A stretch of DNA of 64,000 nt, from contig OZ243938.1 of NCBI GenBank assembly GCA_965214095.1, positions 3,488,001 through 3,552,000 of the forward strand. The letters run 5' to 3'. The position numbers and the translations under genes are program-made. The stretch comes from Candidatus Poribacteria bacterium. GTDB lineage: Bacteria; Poribacteria; WGA-4E; WGA-3G. Shown in pieces: positions 39,448 through 48,714 of this stretch. How positions within the stretch are numbered: the stretch's first letter is position 1; every line of letters begins with the position of its first letter. Below the pieces are notes generated by a model. That model was not told the DNA's origin. It made no database searches and saw only the letters and a program-made list of their open reading frames with translations.

Positions 39448-40905
39448 ATGGGAGTAAAGATATATAATTCCCTTAGCAGACAACTGGAGGAATTTTCACC
39501 ACAGACAGAAGAGTTTGTCAGTATGTATAGTTGTGGTCCGACCGTCTATGACTATATACATATCGGCAATGCCCGAACAGCACTCGTTACTGATATAATA
39601 CGCAGATATCTTGGATATAGAGGATATAATGTCAGATTAGTTCAAAATTTGACTGACATTGATGATAAAATAATCGCTCGGGCACAAACCCTCGGTCTCA
39701 GTTCCAGTCAACTTGCAGATACAAACGGACAAGCATATTTTGAAGACACACAACGTCTCGGAATTCAACCTGCAGATGTGCATCCAAAAGCCACTGAACA
39801 TATACCGGAGATGATTGACTTGATTCAAACACTCATTGCAAGAAATGCGGCTTATGTCATAGATGGTAGTGTGTATTATCGTGTAAATTCATTCAAAGAA
39901 TACGGAAAATTGTCGCGCCGTAAACCAGAGGATTTATTAGCAGGTGCACGCGTTGAAGTTGACCAACGTAAAGAAGACCCACGCGATTTTGACATGTGGA
40001 AAGCCGCAAAGCCTGGTGAACCGTATTGGGATAGCCCCTGGGGACCCGGAAGGCCCGGCTGGCATATAGAATGCTCATCTATGGCGATGAAACATCTTGG
40101 TGAGACGATTGATATACACGCAGGTGGAGAAGACCTTCTGTTCCCACACCACGAAAATGAGATCGCGCAGAGTGAATTAGCAACCGGTAAGCCTTTTGCG
40201 CGTTATTGGGTCCATGTTGCTTTTCTGAAGATAGACGGTCGGAGAATGGGAAAATCTGAACAAAACTTCATTTTCTTAAGGGACGCATTGGACAAATATT
40301 CTGCAGAAATAATACGTCACTTCCTTATTTCAGCACACTACCGACATCCACTTGATTATAGTTTGGAAAGTTTGCAAAATTCTGAATCCGCTCTAAAACG
40401 TTTGAATAACTGTGTCGATATGTTAAATAAATATTATGAAGCAACACCTGAAATTGAAGAAAACAACAACGAATCCTCAAAAAACGTTTCTCATGCCGAT
40501 GCTGAACTTTCTTCAGCAATAGAAATCATGCAATCGCTGTTTACCGAGGCAATGGATAACGATTTTAATACTGCTCAAGCAGTCGGATCAATTTTTTCAC
40601 TTGTTAGTCATGTCAATAAATCTATCAGTTCATCAAACGGGGTTTCCCAATATACTTTAGCAAATGCTTACAAAGTATTAGTAGAAACGTGCCAAGTGCT
40701 CGGTATCTATACAATGAACGAACAGGACACTGACAACACGACTGAGTATCTTGATCCACTGATTGAACTGCTTATAGAAATTAGAGAAGATGCCAGAAAT
40801 CAGAAAGATTGGAATACGTCTGATAAAATTCGAGATAAACTAAAAGAACTCAATATTGAAATACAAGATACCCGTGAGGGGACTACTTGGAAATTCATAT
40901 CATAA
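39448..40905 (+). CDS. cysS: Cysteine--tRNA ligase
   Basis: CGPTVY, HIGN, GRPGWHIECS, FPHHENE, RMGKS. Confidence 0.97.
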   Translation: MGVKIYNSLSRQLEEFSPQTEEFVSMYSCGPTVYDYIHIGNARTALVTDIIRRYLGYRGYNVRLVQNLTDIDDKIIARAQTLGLSSSQLADTNGQAYFEDTQRLGIQPADVHPKATEHIPEMIDLIQTLIARNAAYVIDGSVYYRVNSFKEYGKLSRRKPEDLLAGARVEVDQRKEDPRDFDMWKAAKPGEPYWDSPWGPGRPGWHIECSSMAMKHLGETIDIHAGGEDLLFPHHENEIAQSELATGKPFARYWVHVAFLKIDGRRMGKSEQNFIFLRDALDKYSAEIIRHFLISAHYRHPLDYSLESLQNSESALKRLNNCVDMLNKYYEATPEIEENNNESSKNVSHADAELSSAIEIMQSLFTEAMDNDFNTAQAVGSIFSLVSHVNKSISSSNGVSQYTLANAYKVLVETCQVLGIYTMNEQDTDNTTEYLDPLIELLIEIREDARNQKDWNTSDKIRDKLKELNIEIQDTREGTTWKFIS

Positions 40906-40969
40906 CCTAACATGACACCTCTTATTAACCACAGGTGTCATTTAAGAACGTATGCAAAGGAGTAATAAA

Positions 40970-41593
40970 ATGTTATTCAGAACAATTTGTGCTTTTTCAC
41001 TTTTCTGTCTTTCAATCATGTTAATGAGTTGTGGAGCTCTATTTTCAGTTCAGGAATGGAGTGAAAATTACGCCCTGATGGATGGAACACAATCAACTAC
41101 CCCCCAAGCGATAGATGGAAACTTAAATACAATTGGGGATGCTGTCTTTGCAGGAGAGGTAATTGGAATGAGTTCAGCATCTGAAGTCGTTATTACATTA
41201 CCTGAGAAAAAGAAAATACGTCGCATTGTTGTACATTCCGAAAATGTTGTTGAATTTGATGTGTTCGTTGCAAAGGAAAGTCATACGACTGAAAGAAACT
41301 GGACTTTGATAAAAGAAATAAAAAAAGCACCTAATCTAACTACTGTATCTGTTTTAACGCCGTATCCAACTGATAGAGTTCGTCTTAGAGTCAGGAGAAC
41401 AAGTGATGATGCATCTAAGAGTCGGCAATTTGGTGCGCGTAATGTAGGTTATATAGAGCGATCTAATCGCCGCGCTGTTGGAAAGTTTAGAGAAATTGAA
41501 CTCTACGGATATAAAACCTCTGAACAAGTTGCAGTAGACGATACAACAGATAAACGTGAACAAGAACTTGATGATTTACTCAACTTAGAGTAA
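40970..41593 (+). CDS. Lipoprotein, possibly discoidin/galactose-binding-like fold
   Basis: Lipobox LMS-C, WSENYA, AIDGN, EIELY; AAGGAG RBS. Confidence 0.7.
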   Translation: MLFRTICAFSLFCLSIMLMSCGALFSVQEWSENYALMDGTQSTTPQAIDGNLNTIGDAVFAGEVIGMSSASEVVITLPEKKKIRRIVVHSENVVEFDVFVAKESHTTERNWTLIKEIKKAPNLTTVSVLTPYPTDRVRLRVRRTSDDASKSRQFGARNVGYIERSNRRAVGKFREIELYGYKTSEQVAVDDTTDKREQELDDLLNLE

Positions 41594-41606
41594 CATAGAA
41601 CAGGAC

Positions 41607-41634
41607 TTTGGTGCTGAGCATTTTCAGCACCAAA
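41607..41634. terminator. Intergenic hairpin (possible terminator or processing site)
   Basis: TTTGGTGCTGA / TCAGCACCAAA perfect 11-bp inverted repeat. Confidence 0.5.
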
Positions 41635-41650
41635 TCATGAGGAGACGTGT

Positions 41651-42232
41651 ATGCGTATTGGAATATTAAGTATTATCCTTTTTGTTATGATTGGATTGTC
41701 AGGATGTGTTCTATCGTCAACACCATCGGGCAATTGGAGCGAAAACGTTGCGATTACAGCTGCTGGGTCTGATGCTAAGTTCCACGACGACAATCTATAT
41801 ACAGAAGGAGAAACTACGACTATTCGCGAGGATGCTAAAGACCGCTCCTCACAAGATGAAGCAGATAACTTCACTGAAGCTGTTTTAAGTTGGAATGTCC
41901 CACAAACTATCCAACGAATTGTCATCAAAGCAAAAGAAGGACAGCTTGAATTTTTCCAAATTCAGTATATGGGTGAAGATGGTAAGTGGGTCACAGTTAC
42001 AGATGTACGCGATAACCTGCGTCCTATCTATAGATATACCCTCGGAAAACCTGTGGTGACAAAGAAGTTTCGACTGAAAGTCCCACGTCGGTGGGATTCG
42101 CGACGGGTTGGCGGAGAAAGTCGTTATAAACGTTCAGAAACAGGTGCGCCTACTGCAGCAGAATATCGGAAAATACAGGAAATTGAACTCTATTATGCAA
42201 TGCCAACAACTGATGTAGAGCCAATTCAATGA
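41651..42232 (+). CDS. Lipoprotein, paralog of the upstream lipoprotein
   Basis: Lipobox LSG-C, WSENVA, I.RIV, EIELY. Confidence 0.75.
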   Translation: MRIGILSIILFVMIGLSGCVLSSTPSGNWSENVAITAAGSDAKFHDDNLYTEGETTTIREDAKDRSSQDEADNFTEAVLSWNVPQTIQRIVIKAKEGQLEFFQIQYMGEDGKWVTVTDVRDNLRPIYRYTLGKPVVTKKFRLKVPRRWDSRRVGGESRYKRSETGAPTAAEYRKIQEIELYYAMPTTDVEPIQ

Positions 42233-42328
42233 AGGGCATTAGTTAACAATTTCGTATCACTGTGAGATCGAAATTTTGTCATACAAACAACCGGTTTAGG
42301 TGATATATTTATATAGAGGAGAATTTAC

Positions 42329-42832
42329 ATGTTAAAAGACCTCTTCAGCAACCGCCTTTTTATCGGTGCATTAGCGTTTTCTGTTTTCTGCTTTGTAGGT
42401 TCTCTGCTGTATATGCAGCATGTTGAACATCAAAGCGCGAAAGAGTTAGCCGAGACGTTGAAACACATTGAGCAAAGGAACGAGTTACAGAATCAACAAC
42501 CGATCATGGCAGCACCTGTTGTTGAACCACCACCCCACAAGCAATACACCAAAGGCTCGGTCAACCCAGGACCGTTTAAGAATGTTGTTCCTGTAGACCT
42601 TTCGGACTTTGAAGCCACGAAAGCCTTGATGATAGAGAGCGTCAATTTCGTCAAGGAGAACTGGGATCCGAAAGTGTTTAATCTTGAAGTGCGCGTAGCG
42701 AGACTTCACATATTCAACATTTCATCGTATGCGGATTCGATGTTTTGTTTCTATACGCCTGAACAGCGTGAAGAAATCAGCGCGTTACGCTTTAGCCTTT
42801 TGGATGTTTTCAAAGGCATTGACCGCAAGTAG
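42329..42832 (+). CDS. Hypothetical protein with an N-terminal membrane anchor
   Basis: GAGGAG RBS; MLKDLFSNRLFIGALAF...GSLLYMQH N-terminus. Confidence 0.7.
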   Translation: MLKDLFSNRLFIGALAFSVFCFVGSLLYMQHVEHQSAKELAETLKHIEQRNELQNQQPIMAAPVVEPPPHKQYTKGSVNPGPFKNVVPVDLSDFEATKALMIESVNFVKENWDPKVFNLEVRVARLHIFNISSYADSMFCFYTPEQREEISALRFSLLDVFKGIDRK

Positions 42833-42865
42833 GGTGAGACGCGCACCGTGGGTATTTATTAGAAA

Positions 42866-44065
42866 ATGCTATCACAGAAAACAAAAAACATACTCCATCT
42901 CAGTCTAATTCAAGGTGTAGGACCAAAATCCGCGCAATTCTTAATCGATATATTGGGCAGTGCGGAAAAAGTGTTAAATGCTACTCCATCAGAATTAAAG
43001 AAGTTTGATGGAGTTTCAACCAAACTACAAAATTGTTTGGTGCAGAAAAAACTTGGATGTCCATTAGAACGCGAATTGGAGTTGATAGATGAATTCGGTT
43101 GTCAGATCATCACTTACTATGATGCTGCATATCCAGCACTTTTGAAAGAAATTGACACACCACCTTTAATACTCTATGTCAGAGGTGAGTTGAAACCAGA
43201 GGATAATCTCAGCATAGCAATTGTCGGTTCCCGCAATGCGAAGGATTATGGACGACGAGTCAGTTATCAATTGGCACACCAACTCGTAAACCGTGGTATG
43301 ACAGTGGTAAGTGGTTTTGCTAAGGGGATTGATACGTGTGCACACCGCGGTGCATCTGAAGCAGGTGGTAGAACTATTGCAGTTTTAGGAAATGGACTCA
43401 GTCTCATCTATCCTGCGGGGAATAAGGAATTGGTTGATAAAGTTGTTGAATCGGGTGCATTAATTTCTGAATTTCCAATGGGCATGAAACCTATGGCAGA
43501 GAATTTCCCCAGACGCAACCGAATTATCAGCGGACTATCCATCGGAATCGTTGTCGTTGAAGCATCAAATCGGAGTGGTGCACTTATTACAGCAAGGCTT
43601 GCAAGCGAGCAAGGTAGAGAAGTGTTTGCTGTTCCAGGAGAAATCTTTTCTGAATTATCAACGGGTACACATAGTTTGATAGACAACGGAGCAAAACTGA
43701 TCAGCACTGTGGATGATTTGATAGACGCACTACCGCCGCATACTATTCGTCAAATGACTGCATCCAGACCAGCGACATCACAACAGAAAAACAGAGAAGT
43801 CTTCCAAGTTCCTGAAGTTGGCAAGAATGAAACGAAACCTATAGAAAAAACACCTGAACAGACTTTGCCTGTAACACCACCACCTGATTTAACGGTTGAT
43901 GAAAAAACGATTTACGATGCAATTGAAATACCATCATCACACATTGATACTATTGTGCGAACTACACAGTTGTCTATCAGTCAAGTGTCAAGCGTTCTCT
44001 TGATGTTAGAACTCAAAGGTGTTATTCAGCAATTACCCGGTAAACTCTTCGCCAAAACGACTTAA
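42866..44065 (+). CDS. dprA: DNA processing protein DprA
   Basis: AIVGSR, VSG.AKGID..AH, FPRRNRIISG, SGALITA, C-terminal LELKG. Confidence 0.95.
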   Translation: MLSQKTKNILHLSLIQGVGPKSAQFLIDILGSAEKVLNATPSELKKFDGVSTKLQNCLVQKKLGCPLERELELIDEFGCQIITYYDAAYPALLKEIDTPPLILYVRGELKPEDNLSIAIVGSRNAKDYGRRVSYQLAHQLVNRGMTVVSGFAKGIDTCAHRGASEAGGRTIAVLGNGLSLIYPAGNKELVDKVVESGALISEFPMGMKPMAENFPRRNRIISGLSIGIVVVEASNRSGALITARLASEQGREVFAVPGEIFSELSTGTHSLIDNGAKLISTVDDLIDALPPHTIRQMTASRPATSQQKNREVFQVPEVGKNETKPIEKTPEQTLPVTPPPDLTVDEKTIYDAIEIPSSHIDTIVRTTQLSISQVSSVLLMLELKGVIQQLPGKLFAKTT

Positions 44066-44078
44066 GAAGGATTAATTT

Positions 44079-45050
44079 GTGAATTCAACAGAATTAGATT
44101 TTGAAAAACCTTTAATTGAATTAGAACGTCACCTCTCACAATTGGATGTTTTTACGGAAGAACATCCAGAGTTAGACCTGACAGAGGGAATTGCTGCGCT
44201 CAAACAGAATGCAGACACGTTGACAAAACAGACGTTCCAAAAACTGAGTCGATGGGACAAAGTGCGATTAGCACGGCACGCACAACGACCTCAAGCTTCC
44301 CTATATATAGACTCACTTCTTGATGACCCTGTTGAACTCCGCAGCGATAAGTTATACGGGGATGACAGAGCACTCATCGGTGGTTTCGCTTGGTTTGATG
44401 AACAACCCATCGTCTACCTTGCACAGCAGAAAGGTACAAACCTTCAAGAACGTCAAGCAATGAACTTCGGATATACACATCCTGAGGGATATAGAAAAGC
44501 AAGACGTTTGATGCAGTTGGCAAATAAGTTTAACCGTCCACTTCTCTGTTTTGTTGATACACCAGGCGCACATTTCGATCTCCGTTCTGAGGAATATGGT
44601 CAAGCGGCTGCTATCGCTGATAATCTTGCAGAGATGATGCAAATGCGTGTCCCAATTCTCGTAGTTATAATAGGTGAAGGTGGTAGTGGTGGTGCATTAG
44701 CAATAGCAGTCGGTAATCGCGTTTTGATGATGGAATATGCAGTCTACTGCGTCGCCCCACCCGAAGCGTGTAGCGGTATCGTATGGAAAGACAAAGGGGA
44801 ACACGCACCTGAAGCAACAGAAGGCTATAAACCCACAGCCCCTGATCTACTGAAGTTAGACATCATTGACCAAATAATAAAAGAACCTCTTGGTGGTGCA
44901 CATAGAGACCCAGAAGCCGCTGTCCGTAACGTCAAACGGGCAATCAAGAAGCACCTTACAGAATTACTACAGATGTCTGACAAACAACTGATACAACAAC
45001 GTTATGAACGCTATCGGAATCTCGGACTTTATGGTGAAGATGACTCCTAA
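44079..45050 (+). CDS. accA: Acetyl-CoA carboxylase carboxyltransferase alpha
   Basis: LDFEKP, PEGYRKA, DTPGA, GEGGSGGAL, EPLGGAH. Confidence 0.95.
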   Translation: MNSTELDFEKPLIELERHLSQLDVFTEEHPELDLTEGIAALKQNADTLTKQTFQKLSRWDKVRLARHAQRPQASLYIDSLLDDPVELRSDKLYGDDRALIGGFAWFDEQPIVYLAQQKGTNLQERQAMNFGYTHPEGYRKARRLMQLANKFNRPLLCFVDTPGAHFDLRSEEYGQAAAIADNLAEMMQMRVPILVVIIGEGGSGGALAIAVGNRVLMMEYAVYCVAPPEACSGIVWKDKGEHAPEATEGYKPTAPDLLKLDIIDQIIKEPLGGAHRDPEAAVRNVKRAIKKHLTELLQMSDKQLIQQRYERYRNLGLYGEDDS

Positions 45051-45147
45051 TATGATTATTGAGAATTAAACAAATAATCTGCTATATAAAACTAAACACA
45101 TACTTTACATAATGAAATCTCAAAATACAGAAAAATGAAAACAATAA

Positions 45148-46278
45148 ATGAAAATACGCACAATTACCACAGGCATTCCGTTTCCCTTCTCTACATACCA
45201 ACTTCAACGGGCATCCGAATTTAACACTACATGCCGAACACACTTTGAAACGGACAGATACGAAGTCCAAACCACACGTGTAAGCAGTCAAATCTGGGAT
45301 GAAGCACGAAATGTAAACTCAATCCTTGCGTTAGAATCCGATGCACAAGCATTAGGAATCGAGTTCCTTAGTTTAGGCACAATCTCACCAAATAAACGCC
45401 ACACCGAAACCCATCTTGCACAGGTCGCAGATGTGATTGTTCAAAGTGAGATTCTCTTTGCCACCGTCACCTTGACAACGCAATCGGGACGTTTAGTCTC
45501 TGGTGTGGCTGAAAAGACCGCAGACATTATTCGTCAAATTGCACACCGAACCGATGATGGTTACGGAAATCTCCGCTTCGCAGCACTGATGAACTGTCCA
45601 CCGAATACCCCTTTCTTCCCTGCTGCATACTGGCACGACACCCGAACGAATTTCAGTATCGGATGGCAAGCGATTGACTTTGTGCAGGATGCTTTCGCTG
45701 ATGCCACGAATTTAGAATCTGGTTTGCAAAACCTGAAAGACATTATGGAAACAGAAGGACAAAAACTTGTTGCTCTTGCAGAAACGATAGGAAAAGAATG
45801 GGGGATCAAGTTTATCGGTTTAGATGTTTCTCTCGCGCCGATGGGTGATGACAGCATCGCTTATGCTATGGAACAACAACTCCCCGGTTGCTTTGGTGAC
45901 AGTGGCACATTGACAGTCGCTGCAGGTTTGACGCGAACACTGAAATCACTTTCACTCCCTCTCTGCGGATATTCTGGATTGATGCTCCCGGTGCTTGAAG
46001 ATGTCGGACTCGGAAAGCGCAGCGAAGAGTGTTATTTCAATTTAGACAGTCTCCTGCTCTATTCTTCTGTATGTGGAACCGGCCTGGACACGATCCCCAT
46101 TCCCGGTGATGCCACCACAGAACAGATCGCTGCTATTTTGACTGACGTTGCCACCCTTTCTGTGCAGCTCAACAAACCATTGTCTGTCCGCCTTTTTCCA
46201 GTTCCCGGACTGAAGGCGGGTGACATAACGCAGTTCGATTCCCCTTATCTTACAAATACTGCTGTTATGCAGATATAG
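45148..46278 (+). CDS. DUF711 family protein
   Basis: KIRTIT, PFFPAAY, GLDVSLAP, GYSGLMLPVLED, SSVCGTGLDT.P.PG, KPLSVRL.PV. Confidence 0.82.
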   Translation: MKIRTITTGIPFPFSTYQLQRASEFNTTCRTHFETDRYEVQTTRVSSQIWDEARNVNSILALESDAQALGIEFLSLGTISPNKRHTETHLAQVADVIVQSEILFATVTLTTQSGRLVSGVAEKTADIIRQIAHRTDDGYGNLRFAALMNCPPNTPFFPAAYWHDTRTNFSIGWQAIDFVQDAFADATNLESGLQNLKDIMETEGQKLVALAETIGKEWGIKFIGLDVSLAPMGDDSIAYAMEQQLPGCFGDSGTLTVAAGLTRTLKSLSLPLCGYSGLMLPVLEDVGLGKRSEECYFNLDSLLLYSSVCGTGLDTIPIPGDATTEQIAAILTDVATLSVQLNKPLSVRLFPVPGLKAGDITQFDSPYLTNTAVMQI

Positions 46279-46291
46279 AGTGCAAGTCGTA

Positions 46292-46394
46292 TATGGTAAA
46301 TTATTGAATTAATTCTACACATTGCTTTGGTGAGGTTAGGAAGCCTCGCCTACCGTTGATAGAAAGTGTAGAGATAATTTTATACTTCACCGTA
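46292..46394. mobile_element. MITE-like element: 29-bp imperfect terminal inverted repeats enclosing a family A REP hairpin
   Basis: TATGGTAAATTATTGAATTAATTCTACAC matches the reverse complement of 46366-46394 at 22/29. TA at both ends. 46329-46394 recurs at 60857-60922. Confidence 0.6.
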
Positions 46395-46974
46395 TTTAGC
46401 ACAATTCGCAAAAATAAATGTAAATCATCATTTTACCTTCTATCAATACACTAAAAATCTGACACGCAAAAATTGTATGTCCATGCATATTTTGCTTCTT
46501 CATGCTACATTTTTTGCGTAATTGTGGTTGATAAGGAATTGTGACCGAATCAAGTTTAATTTTATACAAAAATTTTTCATAATATATTTTGATTAATATT
46601 CTTATCTTGATAAACCTAATCAGTATCTGTATTTGTAGCAAAATTCTCGTAAGAGAAGACATCTGGTATTAACGACAATATCACAAGAATTCAGCCATTT
46701 TAATTGTTTTGGCATGAGAATTGATTAAAGCGTTTATATGATTCAGTCAATTAGAAGACTTATAAAATGCACAAAGAGGAAAACTATATAAGAAACATCT
46801 GATTTGATGCATGTAAGTCTTTTACACTATATTTTTTGCATATAAGATAAGTGCACATAACTGTAACATCTGAACGCCACGGCTGAGTGGTACAAGGAGA
46901 AAACTGAGGATCCGTTACCATTTCAGGGACAAGGCAAAATAACACTTGATAGTCCTTCGATTCACTATCATAAC

Positions 46975-47057
46975 CTAAGTTGCCACCTTTGTAGCATAAT
47001 CTGCCAGATTGTGCCTCTAAGTGCCACCTTTGTAGCGTAATCTGCCAGATTGTGCCT
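46975..47057 (+). repeat. Tandem ~41-bp duplication containing a GTAG REP-like palindrome
   Basis: CTAAG(T)TGCCACCTTTGTAGC(A/G)TAATCTGCCAGATTGTGCCT x2. Confidence 0.85.
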
Positions 47058-47133
47058 GATTGAAAACGGTGTTTGCATGCCTAAAAGCTTGTAGGTAGCA
47101 ACTTGAGTTAAAATAACAAACAGGAGGACAGAC

Positions 47134-48024
47134 ATGAAATATCTAATGTCAATGCTAACATACACAATTGTTGGTCTCATGCTAACTTTCAATGCCACTG
47201 CAAGGACTCCCGTAACTGATGGACTGGTGAGTTTTTGGACTCTTGATGAGGACACAATTGTAGGAGATACAATAGAAGATGTTTGGGGTGGAAACAATGC
47301 GACTTCTGTTGGATTACCCAGAACAGTTGATGGTGGACTTGAATTAGATGGAAATGGAGATTTTATCCAATTACCAAATGTTGGTAATTTTGGAAGACAA
47401 ATTGGGGAATATACATTTGAAGTGTGGTTTAAAACGACCAATAAGGAAAAATCAAGTGCGATCTTTAGAATTCTTGAGCACAAGTGTGGAGAACAAGAAA
47501 GAGGCACCGGTATACTTATCAATACTAGATTGGACCCGGATAAGAGACCTAATCACGAAATTAAGACTGAACAAGATTGGTTGTTAATTGAACGCACCTC
47601 AGTAAGAGAAAATGGATGTGGTGGCACCACATCTGGCAGAAAGAAATCTGTATCGGACGGTAAATGGCATCAGATTGTGTTTACAGCACAAACTCTTCCT
47701 GTAAAAGAGTTAGATCAAGAATTAAGGGAGAATTTCAAGGATGGTGACTGCATTCAAAATAAAGTATATCTTGACAGAGAGTTAATAACGGAGCCACTTT
47801 CTTGTTCATTTCCTCCCAATTTCATTGCTCATGTTGAACCTATATTTCTGGGTGCTGAGAATAATATGGGACAACCGTCTCGGTTTTTTGAAGGTATTTT
47901 TCGCGACGTGCGGATATATGATCGTGCTCTAACTGAGAGAGAAATATATCACAATAATGCTCTCAGTGTAGAAGCCGTTCAGAAATTGCCGACAGTATGG
48001 GGTGCATTGAAACGTGGACGTTAG
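47134..48024 (+). CDS. Secreted LamG/concanavalin-like domain protein
   Basis: Signal peptide, GLVSFWTLD, LELDG.GD, T.E.WFK, DGKWHQI, F.G...DVRIYDRAL, C-terminal VEAVQKLPTVWGALK. Confidence 0.9.
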   Translation: MKYLMSMLTYTIVGLMLTFNATARTPVTDGLVSFWTLDEDTIVGDTIEDVWGGNNATSVGLPRTVDGGLELDGNGDFIQLPNVGNFGRQIGEYTFEVWFKTTNKEKSSAIFRILEHKCGEQERGTGILINTRLDPDKRPNHEIKTEQDWLLIERTSVRENGCGGTTSGRKKSVSDGKWHQIVFTAQTLPVKELDQELRENFKDGDCIQNKVYLDRELITEPLSCSFPPNFIAHVEPIFLGAENNMGQPSRFFEGIFRDVRIYDRALTEREIYHNNALSVEAVQKLPTVWGALKRGR

Positions 48025-48025
48025 G

Positions 48026-48075
48026 TGCATCATTATGTATCCGCGTTTTCCTATCCGATCCTACATAATGATGCA
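48026..48075. terminator. 14-bp perfect inverted repeat after the LamG gene
   Basis: TGCATCATTATGTA ... TACATAATGATGCA. Confidence 0.5.
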
Positions 48076-48273
48076 AATCCAGCAAATCCTGGTTCTGATT
48101 TTATTCTCTGAACCAGGATCGACAGGAGAAGAGACTGAAATATCAAAGTACTAATCAAAAAATAAACATCAACCTTTGAATAGGAAAGTTGGAGTCCCAA
48201 ACTCACAATCCTGGAAATCTACTAATCCTGTGAATCCTGGTTCAGACAAAGACGCGCAATCGGCAAATATCGT

Positions 48274-48456
48274 TTACGTTTGCTCTTTGATGTCTTCTGG
48301 TTTCGGTGGCGGCGGATCGTCAAATGGTATGTCTTTTTCAAGTGCTTCCTGTTTCCTACGCTCCCAGTCTGCATACCAAGCATGATAAATCTCGACTTTG
48401 CCTTCGGCTTTCCCTTTATCAAGTGCTTGTTGGATTTTCGCTGTATAACGCAGCAT
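48274..48456 (-). CDS. Small hypothetical protein, possibly the 3' part of a frameshifted gene
   Basis: GGAGGAG RBS; GKAEGK...W..R...PF.DPPPP. A hydrophobic stretch (IGYLAMIFVV) lies upstream in another frame. Confidence 0.55.
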   Translation of the reverse strand: MLRYTAKIQQALDKGKAEGKVEIYHAWYADWERRKQEALEKDIPFDDPPPPKPEDIKEQT

Positions 48457-48714
48457 AATTTCTCCTCCTAATTCAAAACATCGACAACAAAGATCATCGC
48501 CAGATAACCGATTTGAGCATGTTAATCAACGATTTTTGACTGATGTTGCTAATTCTGGTCATCCTTCAATTTTACAAATACTTGTTCATAATTAGAGATC
48601 AGAACACATATCTGCGTCTAAAGAACCAAATCTCCTTTTTCCCTTGCCAATTGCCACAGCATCTGATAGGATAATAGAAAATATATCACTGTGTTAGGAA
48701 GGTAAATCATTGCA

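Noticed and set aside
46396-46662. 88-aa minus-strand ORF
   Set aside because: It lies in very AT-rich intergenic DNA, the translation is low-complexity and no motif is recognisable.
46870-46960. Possible gene fragment (TAEWYKEKTEDPLPFQGQG)
   Set aside because: Too short, with no start codon or RBS; cannot be assigned without a search.
46975-47057. CRISPR array
   Set aside because: Only two abutting copies, with no unique spacers and no cas genes.
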